Notes: generated from the sequence alone by a model not told the origin. A stretch of DNA of 64,000 nucleotides from Guillardia theta CCMP2712 (GCF_000315625.1 NW_005434662.1:278307-342306), one strand, 5' to 3'; counted from the stretch's first letter, positions 22,740 to 35,600 are shown. Numbers and translations are program-made.

Positions 22740-23560
22740 CGGGTCTCGGAGGCGAGTTGCCGTGGGCGAGCGGCAGGATCAACTTGACGCCGGGCCGCGC
22801 ACCGTGAACGGTCCACCGTCTGACTTGTATCAGTCTCAGACACTGACTGACTCAGTGATGAGTCGGAGCGGCCCGCGGCGCGCCGGGCCGGCCCGGGGGC
22901 GGTAGACGCAGCCCCGGCATGATGGCGCGGCGGGAGCCTGTCACGGGGCCACTGGGCCACTGGCCCGGAACGTCCGAAGTTGGACGGTGCTGCCATCGGA
23001 GGACGGACGGCCGGGCCGGCGGGGTCACGGGCCGACCGGCCAGCCCGGGGAGTCCGGCCGCCGGGCCGGGGCGCGGCCGGCGGGGCCTCGGTGGGGCCGG
23101 CACGGTATCGGATCCATGATCCGAGGCGCCCCCGGGCGCAAGCCTCAGTGCCAGCCCGGGCCCGTCGGGCGGCCCGGCAGCTCAGCTACCGTTAGACGGT
23201 GACTTTTCCGACAAGTTTACTGAGCGACCCGGCGATGCGCGGCACTGCGGCACTCAGGGCCCGGCCGCCGGGGGCAGGGCGCGGAGGCCCGGACTCGGAG
23301 GCCGCCGCGGCCGCACCGATCGGACGGTCATGCCGCCCCGGGCCGGGCCCCGGGCCGCCGGCGCTCAACGCCGGTGCCCGGTCCGACCGGGTCCGACTCA
23401 GAGCCTAGCGCTACTCAGATGATGGCCCGGCGGCCCGGTGGCGGCCCGACCAGGCCACCGCCCGGTGACGGTGTCCGAGCCGGCGGCCCCGGCGGCGGAC
23501 ATCGAGTCACTGCGTTGCTGCGGGCGTCAGGTGCCGCCACACATGATCAGTCGGAAGCTG
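22740..23560. promoter_or_regulatory. Non-coding GC-rich island built from CCGG/GGCC/GAGTC/TCGGA words
   Basis: Very high GC; only Pro/Gly/Arg/Ala low-complexity ORFs. The same vocabulary recurs at ~510-570, 6860-6935, 38410-38760, 48130-48880 and 61150-61400. Confidence 0.45.
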
Positions 23561-23569
23561 ACAGACCCC

Positions 23570-24860
23570 ACCCCCTCATTTCATAGCCGATGACTCTTGG
23601 AGGTCAGCAGCACCCGTCATGGTTACTTCTCGCCCACATAAAGGTTAGATGACCCCTACCTCTCCATGAACACACCAACCCCCGTGGACTACCACCCCAC
23701 CCTTGAATTCCAAGACTCCACCACTCTAAAACACTTATTAGCTGGATCACCCGTCCAGGGAAATTCAAACAACCTCCTCCTCTACCTCTACGCCTTGCTC
23801 CACTACCCCTCCATATTCTCATCCATTTACCGTTAAAGTTGAGTGATCTGTTTCAATTTATGCAAAGTACCCTCATTTTAACAGGAGTCGGTACCGGTAT
23901 CATGTTTTTATGATTTTCACTACCCCTTCAGTCGAAGTAAAATGGTACACCCCACCCTGTGAATACCCTACCCCATGAGATACGACTACTCTAACATAAC
24001 CCCCAGGCTTTTCCTCTCCCCATACTACCCTCCGCTACAGCAAAACTGCCGCCAACTACCAAAAAAAACATTTGAAAATCTCAATCATGGGACCCCCACC
24101 ACCTACCCATCCCCATACCCTGTATATGATCTTGGGACCCTACCTCCACCATTGCTGCAGCCAGCCTCGATAATTTAACTCAACCAAATATGGTACCAAA
24201 CCTCTCACACGTGAACAGCCGCCCCCCACCTCGCACATTCAACCTACCCCTCCTGATAATGAACCCACCCCCTTGGATAGGGTTGTACCATGCCTACCGT
24301 GGACTTGTAGACGTTTGTACCCACCCTTGAGACGGAACTCAGTCTCGTTGATAGTCACCCCCTTTGATACCAGCATTTAGTACCCTACCCATAGGAATAG
24401 AGTAGCTCTCTCGTACCGAACTACCCCCTCTCTCCTATTTCCACCACCCAACCTAACCTGGTGCCCAGGCTTTCAAGTCGAAGGTCGGGCTATTAAACGT
24501 TCTGATAGGAATTTGCTTCAAGGGTCCCTGTGATTTTTTTAATTACATAGTAAAGTTCAATTTTATCATCAATGTGCCAAATATACGTAGATAATTTCAT
24601 TTTGAAAGAAAGAAACATTCAACTTGTAGGAAATATTATTTTCGAAATCTAGAAATATTTCTTCTGGGGATCAAATTTCGGAGAGCAAATACCTCTAATG
24701 AAAAAACGTATCTCCAAGTTTGAAATCTCACATACCCCACTCGTTCTCGACCAACTACCCCACGTCGATAAACCCCTGTCTCCCTAGTTTACCACCCCTA
24801 TCATTGATAGCGATATCCCTACCCCCACCCCCTTTTTTCCACCTGCCTTCTTAACCGCAC
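23570..24860. promoter_or_regulatory. TACCCC/ACCCC-dense upstream tract
   Basis: Dozens of ACCC(C)/TACC words on one strand. Similar tracts occur upstream of many gene starts in the window. Confidence 0.45.
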
Positions 24861-24961
24861 CATCCCTTCCCGCCTGCAGACGCGGTATGGCCGCAGGAAG
24901 CGCATCTGCATCTGCCGACATCTCCTCACCATCATCCACCCAGAAGGGACAGAGAAACCAC

Positions 24962-26754
24962 ATGCCCAATCCTAAGAACCAGCAGAATCCCACAGCTAAC
25001 GGTGCTGACCACTCCATGGTCGAGGAGGAGGTTGCCGATCTCCAACCTCCCTCTCCTGTGCCAGAGCCCGACGAGGCTGAGCATCTGGAAGCAGTCAAGG
25101 CATTTCGTGAGTCGAATGAGGCCAAAGAGAAGATCCTTGTAAGTGAAATATAATGCGATGTGTTTTGAACCTTGATGTGACACGATTTTTCGCCAGCTTC
25201 AACTTGACGAAGAAATCGAGCAGTACAAAGCCAAGAGGGGAGCCTTCAATGCTGAAATTAATGAGGTTCGTAATGAGTTAAAATCCCACCGCGAAGTCCT
25301 TCGCGAAGTCGCCAAGGAGCGTGAAAAACTCATGGAAGAGGTCAAGAAGCTTCAGGACAGGAACAAGTTGAATGAAGCTCGTGTCCAAAAAATGAGGAAA
25401 GAACTACGATCAGTAGATGTCATGGAAATCGACCAAATGATTGCAGATTTGAATACCAAGCTTGAGACAAACACAAATGATCTCAAGACAGAGAAAGAGA
25501 TCATTCGTGAAATCAAAAAGCTCACTGGTGACAAGGAGAGAATCAAGGAATGGAAGACTGAGCGTGACGCGGTTGCCGAGAAGAAGAAGGAGATCGACGA
25601 TCTTTACAGCCTTCGCAAGTCGAAGACCGAAAACTTCAACGCTCTCCGTGAGAAGGAAAAGGAACTTGTTTCTCGTTTGGAGTCACTTCGTAGTGGAGAT
25701 GGGGTTCCTGACGGAGTCAATCCCAGTCAAAAGGTTACCGACTTGCTGGGAGAAAAAGCTAAGGTGATCGAAGAGATTAAAGCAAACCGGCAGTCAATCA
25801 ACAATGCACATGTTGCCTACAAGATAAAAATGGCGGAGTATAGGTAATCCACTTTTCAAAGGATTTTGCAACAGTATGATTGTTTCTTGCAGGGAATACA
25901 AGCGTGCGCTTGCAAGCTACGAGAGAAAGGTTGAAAAAGTTGAATACCGAAAGAGGCAGGCCGAAAGAGCTGCAAAAGCTGAAAAACTTAAGGAAGAGCG
26001 CAAGCAACGAGCTCAGCAGAAGCAAGAAGAGAGGAAGTTGATGGATAAGCGAATGGCGGCAATCGCTGCTGGCTGTCAACTCTTTGTGGGTGGTCTGGCT
26101 ATTCGGTGCACCGAAGAGGACCTGAGCTCATACTTCAAGGACTTCGGTACTATCACAGATGTTTATTTGGTTCGAGACAACGATACGAAGCTCTCCCGAG
26201 GCTTTGGTTTCGTGACTTTCAGCGACAAGGATTCTGCACATGCGACTTTGAAGTCTTTGAATGGGAAGGAGAATAAGTCACTCTGCCCTCTGCATGGCAA
26301 GCTCTCGATTCGTTTCGCAGAGAAATCCAAGACGCAGATTGAATGGGAGAAACAGCGGGCTGGTCAATCCAAGAAGGCATCCGCAGCAAAGCAATCCCCG
26401 GCAGCTTCGTCCGATGCTGTCGAAGGTGATCAAGATGATGAGAAGGACGTGGAAGAAGCGCAACCAGCTTCAAATGACCTTGACGAGGAGACTGGAACTG
26501 ACGATCAGAATGGCTACTCTGAAGATACTGCTTCTCCAGGTGCTTGTGATGCGATGTGTTGCTATTGAAACTGAGAATGTGTGCAGAGTCCAATCACTCT
26601 GGTGGGAAAGCAAGGAAGGAATGGAAGGCAACGCGCACTGAGTGGACGGTGAATTTGACATCTTAATTCTTGTTGTTATCTCACTTTGTTGGGGTTACAG
26701 AACGGCACCCAGGACAATACTTGTACAGATCAGGTCGTAACCCCATGCTCGTAG
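24962..26754 (+). CDS. Coiled-coil (Bfr1/proton-pump-interactor-like) protein with C-terminal RRM
   Basis: PEPDEAEH.. and EIDQMIADLNTKLETNTNDLKTEKEIIREIKKL coiled-coil; RRM with RNP2 LFVGGL and RNP1 RGFGFVTF; spliced end TAG at 26752-26754. Confidence 0.8.
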
Positions 26755-27233
26755 CCTTGAGTCGGCTCTCACCACATCTTCTTATTCACTTTTTGATCGT
26801 AGTCTGGTATTCTATTAAATAGTTATGCTGTCGAAAACTACAAACCTTAACATCGTCGTCACTGTTACAAGTAGTAGTCTCGCAGGCGGAACCTTAACAT
26901 GACAGTCTAGCTTCACAGCAAGTCTCAGTTCTGGTGAGATGAGCGAGTAAAACGATGACGACAAGGCTCGTGAGTGTGTGGATGACAAACAGCAGCAGCA
27001 ACAATACGAAGATGCCGCTGCTTCGTTTGCACAGCTGTGTAACAAGTATGGACGATTCGCAGACTGTTCCTTGTTTGTTCAGACAGGTGGGGTAGTTTTG
27101 ATACCCATCAATAGTCCACATATCTTGATGGAAAATAAGGGGTACAGAAAGATATGTGTGGGGTGCTGCTGTACTGGGGGTAGGGTATAAAGGGAAGGAT
27201 CCATCTGCAGGGAGGCAGGGAAGTACTGCAGTA

Positions 27234-27293
27234 GGAAGCATCGAGGAGGGAAGAAGAAGCATCAAGGAGGGAAGAAGAAGCATCAAGGAGGAA
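27234..27293. repeat. 21-nt minisatellite (GAAGCATCAAGGAGGGAAGAA) x~3
   Basis: Directly visible tandem copies. Confidence 0.8.
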
Positions 27294-27421
27294 GGGTCTG
27301 ACAAGGAGATGTCATGGAGTGCCGTCAGATGCCCCATGATGAAGGAGGAGACCTGGGTGTAAGGCACGTGGCGGGAAAGTTGTAAAACCGTGGTTGAGAT
27401 CTGAACAACAAGGTTGTGAGG

Positions 27422-29506
27422 ATGCGAAACTTCGTCATCAAGACCATTGTCCTACTGGTTCTGTGTGATGTCTTGACGTGTATGACTGAAAGCCATCCAT
27501 CCCTGGCCTTCGTGAACCACCTGCACTTGCTCTCACGTTTCTGGTCGAACTCGAAGCTCCAGAGTTGTTTGCGGCCAAGCCATGCTGCATGCAAGACAAG
27601 AACAGCAGTGACGTGTCAAGGGTATGCGATGGATGCGTCTTTCAGAGACAAACGCCTTGACTTCATCAACTCTCGTCCTCTCAGTGAGCAGCGAGCAGAG
27701 CTGAACAAAAAGCATATGGACCGAGAAGCGATCTATCAGACCATGAAGCGCAGGATCCGAGCCTCTTCGTACGAGCTGGGGCTGCAGGACCTACGAAAGT
27801 TCTTCTCGCAGTTTGACATCGACAAGGACGGCGTGATCGACTGGAGCGAGTTCCAGTCGCTGCTGGAGAGGATGGGCCTGCGCCCATTCATGCTCTCTGA
27901 AGCCGAGAAGAGGATGATCTTCAAGGAGATGGGAGCCAGCCAACGCAACCTCTATGTGCAGGCGAGAGAATTCTTCAAGTGGATGAAAGGAGCGAAGCAG
28001 GAGGAGATCGAGCTTGAGAGGACTGAACCCGATCTCGAGCGCAAGGTCGCTGTGCCAGGCAAGTTACCCCCACCTCCTACCCTCGAGCAGCGCAGCAAGC
28101 TTGTCTCGGGATGGACGTATGGCGCGAGCTCTGCTTTTTCTCCGGTATGATCACTTCTGTTCTGACGATGCTCTGTGACTTGTCGCTTGCAGGACGAGCA
28201 GAAGGCAGAGCCGATGGAACTTGTGGACGCCAACGAGCAGCCAGGGGTTGGGAACTTTGGAGTTGACAAGTACATGCGAGACATTCTTCGTTGGACAAGC
28301 ACTCCGGAGAAGCAAGTGAGGGAAGTAGTCTACTTCCTCGCCAACGAAGTCAGCGTCCCCCCAGCAAGCTGGAGCCGCTGGCCATCGCACACCCCGAAGT
28401 CTTCGAGTCCTCAGTTGACTTCACCCTGCGCAAGAATGTTGAGTTCCTCCTGGAGATGGGCGTCCCCAAGTCCAAGATCCCCGTGCTCGTTCTCAAGGCC
28501 CCAGATCTCCTCCTCACCGGCAGGTTCCTCGTACAGGACTTGGTTGCGTTCCTCATCGAGATCGGGGTGCGGGAGGAGAGGGTCGGACGGTGCCTGTCGA
28601 GAAACCCGCAGATGCTAATGAGCGGCCTGCAGTCGAGCATGATCAGCACGCTGGAGTTCCTGATCATCGAGGGAGGCATCCCAAGGAGCAAGGTCGGCGA
28701 GGTGATCGAGATGTTCCCCTTGCTCATGAGCTACAACGTGGAGTTCAACCTGCGTCAGAAGATCAACTTCCTCAAGCTGGAGTTCGAGCTGGAGCCGGAG
28801 GCCATAGGGAGCATCCTCTACAAGTTCCCGCAGCTGCTCGGGCTGAGCCTGGAGGCGAACATCAAGCCGACGACCCAGTTCCTTATGGACACCCTGAGGA
28901 TGACGAAGGAGGACTTGACGCGGCTCATCCTCCAGACCCCTCAAATCCTCGGCCTCAACGTGCACAAGAACTTGGAGCCCAAGATCGACTTCTTCCTCCA
29001 GGAGCTCGGAGTCCCGTTGGACAAGTAAACGCCGCCGCTCCTCCTCCCCTCGTGCATTGCTTATCACTTTCACAGGCTGGTTGCTGCTGTTCGCACGGCC
29101 CCGTCTCTCCTCACCCTCAGCGTCTCGTCCAACTTGCGACCAAAGGTGAAGGAGTGAAGACATATGAGGTGGCGGGGAGTAAAGCAGATCCTGCAGATGA
29201 TCTACCTCACCACCGATGGCGGATACTGTGTAGAGGACATCATCAAGTCGCCCACTGTCTTCCTTTACAGCATGAACAGGATGAAATCGCGAGTGGAGGT
29301 GAGGAGTTGGAAAGGGGGGTGTAGAGGGATTATGACGTTGAGCTGCAGACGATGAAGAGGATGAAGAGAAGCATAGGACTATCATCGCTCCTCTCCTTCT
29401 CTGAGAAAGGTATGAACAGCCACTCCCTCCCTCCCTCCCTCCCTCCCTCCCTCCCTCCCTCTCTATTGACTGCCCCGCAGATTTCGAGATGCGCTTCCTC
29501 AACTAA
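27422..29506 (+). CDS. mTERF-family protein with N-terminal EF-hand and probable plastid presequence (frameshift in C-run 28357-28362)
   Basis: Signal-like MRNFVIKTIVLLVLCDVLTC..SLAF; EF-hand FDIDKDGVIDWSEF; multiple mTERF repeats (..KFPQLLGLSLEANIKPTTQFL.., ..QTPQILGLNVHKNLEPKIDFF..); TAA at 29504-29506. Confidence 0.85.
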
Positions 29507-29619
29507 AGTCTCTCGAAGTTGTAGAGGGTCGAACACAAATACCAAGCCAACAACTCAAGCTCCTTGTCTTCCCACTTTCAGTTTCCTTCACTCAGCAAAA
29601 CCACCGTCCCCCATGTACA

Positions 29620-30633
29620 TCATACATACTCCTTCTCCACCGTATACGCAGGCTCGGCCGACTCGTACGGGGAGACGTTGACGACCACGAACGAGAACAC
29701 GGCCTTCACGCAAGTCAGGGGGCAAGCAATGAATGAGAACGTATCTCTACCTTGGAAGTCACATCGAGGAAGCAGTACAAGATCGCTTCCACACTCACTC
29801 CCACTGCTCCGATGCCCGGGCCCAGGATCCACACCAAGGGGTACAAGCTCCAGGTCACGATAGTCAGGAGCGCCGCCTTGTCGAAGAGCTGTTGCTTGTC
29901 GGGGTTCTCCTTATCTGTGGAGGCAGGTCACCACGACATGGCGGAGAGGACAAGTCCTACTACCGAGCAGCGTCTGACGGAACTCTCGTAGGATGATGTA
30001 CACGACCATGACGAAGAGAACAAGGCCGAAAAAGAACCACAACCACTTGGCCAAAGGCACCAGGCCGATGGCAGCCAGATATCCCGAGTATATCATCCCG
30101 ACTGCTCACAGATCAGCGTCCCTGCAAGCCGGCACGCGACTGGACGAACCTGAAAACCCCATGCTAGCGAATATTGTTGCAACATCCTGCTCGGCCAAAA
30201 TCCCGAGGCTGAAGAGGATGAGGCTGCAAGTGAGGGCCCACTCCAAGTGTCTGAACTCTCGTCACAGGACCAAAGGATGGACATCGCCTCACGCACCTTA
30301 TGTAGAAATATTGCCTGCATCCCTCGACCGTCTCCCAACCCATTCCACTGAACATTGCAAAATAGGAGAACACCGAAATCCCGCAAATGAAGGCATTCAA
30401 GTAGTAATGCTTCTGGATGGAAACATCTGCTTGAACGGCCTTGAATGCCATGAACAGAGCTGTTACTGTAAGAATAAACCAAGCTAACACCATGAAAACG
30501 CCGGCTGCAACATCCGTTAGTCGTGACGAGGAGCTAGGCTCTAGTGCTCACCAGCGGTTCCAATCTCTTGAATGGAGAGACAGTCAGAAGGAAGCATGCT
30601 CTCCATTCGCGCTGTTTCATCTTGGACCGCCAT
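29620..30633 (-). CDS. Type-1 (microbial) rhodopsin, 7TM, ~258 aa, 6 exons
   Basis: Exons 30552-30633, 30297-30504, 30150-30250 and three more. Helix C YIRHLEWALTCSLILFSL; helix F TWSLYPLVWILG; helix G LYCFLDVTSK/AVF with the retinal Lys and the D212 equivalent. Confidence 0.95.
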
Positions 30634-31307
30634 GATCCTGCCACCTCCATCACCGCCCGAATGAGAGAGGAGAGCATGACCAGACCCACCTGCGGCCCTC
30701 TCCCTCTTGCGAGGATGAGCAGGATTATCTATTCCACTGTGGAATAAACAACACTGTAAGGGTCAGCTGCAGCAAGTCGATCAGATACAACCAACACCCC
30801 TGGTGAGTTTGAACATGTACATGTCTCAGCTGTATATGTTCACATGGAATCCTTTCGGCTGCCCTCCCTTCAACCAATCGTCCCTTGTTTTCTGTTCCTT
30901 CTCCAATTCTCTCCTGTCTCATCTCGTCTCGTCTTCTCTCCTCTCCTCTCCTCTCATCTCATCTCCTCTCCTCTCATCTCATCTCATCTGCTCTCCTCTC
31001 CCCTCTTCTTTCTCCTTCGCATCGCGTCTCTTCGTAGTGACGGTTTTGTTTCCGTTACAATGGGATTACTTCAATAACCGAATCGTAACCCCTTATCCTT
31101 CACCCCACCCCATCATGATCACCTCGAAGTTGAGTACTCACCCCCAAATTTTTGTACCCCACCCACTACATAGGTCTGAAATACCCCCCATCACAGTATA
31201 AAATTCTCTACTTACATCACCCCACCCCTCTTCATGACTACCCCTGAAGCTTTACACCCTGTTGTTCATCCCCACCACGTCTCTGCTGGCGTCCATGCAG
31301 TGAGTTC

Positions 31308-31544
31308 AGCACCACCAGCACCACCAGCACCACCAGCACCACCAGCACCACCACCTCGTCCTCCTCGTCCTCCTCGTCCTCCTCGTCCTCGTCCTCCTCG
31401 TCCTCGTCCTCCTCGTCCTCCTCGTCCTCGTCCTCCTCGTCCTCCTCCTCCTCCTCCTCCTCTTTCTACTCGTCCTCGTCCTCCTCGTCCTCGTCCTCCT
31501 CGTCCTCCTCGTCCTCGTCCTCCTCGTCCTCCTCCTCCTCCTCC
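31308..31544. repeat. (CACCAGCAC)n and (CCTCGT/CCT)n microsatellite running into an N-gap (31545-31681)
   Basis: Directly visible. Confidence 0.9.
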
Positions 31545-32614
31545 NNNNNNNNNNNNNNNNNNNNNNNNNNNNNNNNNNNNNNNNNNNNNNNNNNNNNNNN
31601 NNNNNNNNNNNNNNNNNNNNNNNNNNNNNNNNNNNNNNNNNNNNNNNNNNNNNNNNNNNNNNNNNNNNNNNNNNNNNNNNNGTACTCGTCGTCCTCATAG
31701 TCTCGTCCTGCTCGTCCTCGACATCGTAGTCATCCTCGTGCTCGTCATCCTAGTCGCATCCTGGTCCTGATCATGGTCGCAAGCCTCGTCATCATCGTCA
31801 TCCTGATCCTCCTCCTCGTCGTGATGCTCATCATCGTCCTGATAGTGGTCGTGGTCTTTCTCCTCCTCGTCTTTCTCCTCCTCGTGGTCTTTCTCCACCA
31901 CAACCAACACCACTTCATCGTCCTCTTCTTTCTCCACCTCATTCTCCTCCTCCTCTTTCTCCTCCTCCTCCCATCCGCCTCCGCCTTCCGCTCCTCCTCG
32001 CTACCACCACTAATAACTAATATCATCACCATTGCCATCACTATCAACATCATGCTCATCATCGGCATTGCCATCACGACCACAATCATCATGATCATTT
32101 CATTACTGCCCTCCTCTGTCGTCTTCTTTCTATCTTGCAGTCTTGTGGTTCATGTTCACCCTCTGTCCGCATTCCCTCCCTATCCAGTCACAACCTTCAT
32201 CCTCTCCCTCCTCGTCCTCGTCCGCATTACTGACTTCTCCTTCCCCCCCTCATTGTCATTCTCTACCCTGCTCTCAAATAACTTTTCTTTCCACTCTCTT
32301 TTGCTTCCTCCTTCATCTCCTCCTCCGTCTTCATGTCTCCTTCAGCTCCCATAGCGACACCAGAAGTACACAGTGATCGCTTGCCTCTCTCTCTATTCTA
32401 CTGTTTCTGTTCTGCACCATGTTGGCATTCGTTTTGTTTTCAGACCCCCTCCTTCACCACCGGCCCTCCATGCCTCCTGTGCCTTCACATCTCCCTCAGA
32501 CGACCTTTCCACAACTCACTTAAACGTTCATCAGGTTCTGATCCAAGAATGCTGTGTTGAGTTGTCTTGGTTTCACTTCCCGCCGTGGTCATCTATCCAG
32601 CACACAACCCGGAG

Positions 32615-35600
32615 ATGCCGAGTGAAGACAGCAAGGACGTCATGGTGAACGACAACGTTGACGGCAACGGGGGTGCGGGACAAGCGGCGAACGGGGAATC
32701 GGGCGCTCATACCCCGCTCAACGAAGAGAGCAGGAAGAACAATCGGAACCTAAGCATCCAGACTTCATGGAAGAGTGACGACTCGGGAGTGAAGTCTTCC
32801 GGGTCAGCACAGAGGACGGGACACTTCCAGGATCGAACTCCCAGCACTGTGTCCAGCTCCTCCGGTGCCAGGGTGGTGCAGCTGCAGAGCTCGACGGTGG
32901 CGGACGCGCGCCACCTCCTGCGGAAGACGAAGAAGGATGCCATCGGCAAACAGGAGGAGCTGCGAGAGCTTGTGAGTGTCCGATATCGCGACTTCATCGA
33001 GGCCGCAGACACTATCTCGGCGATGGGAACGAGGGCGAGGTAGCCGTGCACGGCGCTGCTTGCCGACCTGACTCGTGATGTTCAGGGAGATCATCCAGGT
33101 TGCTGGTTCGCTGGCTGACACGTGCGGGGAGCTGATGATCGGTTCGTGGAAGGCTGGGCGGGGGCAGGATGTAAGCGAGGCTTCTTGCTTGTCTGCTCTG
33201 ATGTTGGGGCAGGACGACTCGAGGGCTGCCAGCGCCAAGGACCTGCTCATCATCCTGCAGGCACCAGAGCGCGTTGCGACGGCGATTGAGCAGAGCAAGG
33301 TGAGACGGGACTAGCTGCTGCCCTGAAGATGGGCAAGGATTGAAATCAGACTAACGGTTTGCTCAGTACTTGTACGCTTCCGTCCAGCTACTGACAGCCC
33401 GGGACTCGTATCGGTACTCTTCGCCATGGTGCCGCTCCTGCCCCCGGCAGCTGATCGCCGGCCCTGTAGGTTGCTGAAGCGGAGCCAAGAGAAGAGCATC
33501 AAGTCATGGCTTGCGATCCCATACGTCAGACTGCGAATCCAAAGCCTGACATGCAAGTCTCAGGTACATGTTCTCTTCCTTGGATGGTTTGTCACTCACC
33601 ATTGTTGTCTCGTTCCACTCAGGCGGAAATGGTGGTCAAGGCGGCTGAAACTGCTCTGACGAGTGCGCATCCCTCCGCGAACATTGTGAGTGAAGTCCTG
33701 CTGAGGCCTTTGACTCCTCTGAGCATGCAGACATCCTGCGCCGGTTGCCGCCTGCTCGCTGACTTGAGCGCGCAGAACAAATCGGCGAGTCTGATGGGAA
33801 ACGCAGTGGCGGCGATCGCGCTTGTCAACCAACTCTCTCTGCGAGACTCACTGGACGCCTACCTGGAGGCTCGGACAAGCGCAGTCAAGGGGCTCTGTCG
33901 GGGGATCTCGAGGGAGAGGGCTGGACGAGACCAGGGAGGAGACGAGGAGCTCATCGAGGAGCTGTCGTCCCTCATGGGCTACGCTTGCGATGCCATCGCA
34001 CGGACAGTCTGCGACTCTCTCCTGCTCTACTGCACCCTTGAGATTCCCACCGGAGGGGAGGGAGGAGAGGAGGAGGAGGCTGGGAAGGAAAGGAAGAAGC
34101 TCAAGGAGCCTATCATGCTCAGCTACCTCAAGCCCATCGCCAACGCCAGCCTTCACCTCCGCTCGGACATGCTGACTGAGCTGGAGTTGCCGCACTGCCG
34201 CACCTCAGCGCTGTCCTGGCTCCGGTCCATGTGCGCCACTGTGCGAGCAGCCGTGAGCTCTGCCCTGCTCTGCATCTCGTCCGGATCCTCTCTGGCATCA
34301 CTAGAAGCCGCCGTGCAGGACAGGGCCAACGCAGCAATTGAGAGCGGGGAGGACGCGATATGCTGGAAGATGGTGACTGAGGAGTCGCTGTGGAGCATGC
34401 TGTACCGCAGCCCCTTCACCACTCGCAGCAACCAGCTCGTGGCCGCCAGGTTCTCCTCCATCCAGGTCGCTCACTTCCTCGCAGAGGAGCTGCAGGCGAT
34501 CTCGGAAGAAGACATGGAGCTGGTCGGGGCGCACAGCTCCACTGCAGACCTCTTCCAGTGTCGCCGTCCGTTTCTCGATCACCCTCCACGAGGGAAGGCA
34601 GAGAGGAGAGAAGATCGCGGCCGGATCTGGGAGAACAGGTGCAACGCGTGCTCGGCTCGCTTCCTCACGCAGCTTCACTCGGCCGTCATGGACTGCAAGC
34701 TGCTCGTGGGGCATCAGCAGGATGAAGGAGCTCAGAACGCTTCCAAGGACTCATCAGCTGAGGACGAGAGGATGCACCTGCTCCTGAAGAGCTCGAGCGA
34801 GGTCTCTTCCGCCGGGCTGTTCAACCTAACTGACTCGCTGCGTCACAGGCGGTGGATGCTTTTGCTGAGCTCCTCCTGACACAGGCAAGTCTTGCCCCCC
34901 TCCTCATTTTCTCGTCCTCCTGTCTCCTCCTCCTCCTCTGTTGCTCCTCCACTCAGTCCTCTCCTTACACCTTCACACGTGGGATTCTTGTCTCGCAGCT
35001 CACGTGCACCGCAGGTCAAGTCCCTCAAGGAGCTCGCAGAGCCTCGGCTGGAGCAGCAGAGGAAGGAGGTGCTGAGACAAGAGCGAAGCGGCACCATGAT
35101 GAGCCTGGGAGGGAGCCGGGCAGCAAGAGACACTCGAGTGGAGCAGGTGAGCTTGCGGGCTCGTGGAGAAGGAGGGAGGAAGGAGATGGAGGGGAGGGAG
35201 AGGGACGGGGAGCGAGGGTCGTGACTGCGTGAACTCAGAGCCTCTACATTGCACAATGTGCAACTGGGGTGGAGGCGCATCTTAGCAGCATCCTGAAGCT
35301 GCTCCCTGCTCGCAACAAATCCTCGGAGCAAGAGAAGATGGCGGAGAGGGAGCAGGAGGAGAGGACGTCCAAACTTCTCTCGGCCGCCTCCCTCGGCCAC
35401 GGGCTGTGGATCGAGTGGATTGTCGCCAACGCCTGCACCAAGTTCGGACTAGCGCTGCAGGAGGTGTGCGGTGGGGACTTGGACTCTGTCGGAGCAGGGG
35501 ACGCCGTTCTCCAGGCTCCGCGCAGCAAAATTCCTGGGCTGCCTCTGCTCAGAGATCTCAAGAGGATGTGGGAGGAGGTTGAGATCTCGGTGGAGACAGA

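Noticed and set aside
22727-23586. Pro/Gly/Arg-rich ORFs in the GC island (also 38314-38624, 48738-48988)
   Set aside because: Stop-poor by composition, open on both strands, with no splice or codon pattern.
29620-30633. Calling the opsin an anion/cation channelrhodopsin or enzyme-rhodopsin
   Set aside because: It lacks a long C-terminal or enzymatic domain, helix-B glutamates and the DTD motif; function cannot be assigned from sequence.
31234-32354. Extensin-like, poly-Arg or acidic ORFs
   Set aside because: Translations of microsatellite/low-complexity DNA adjoining an N-gap.
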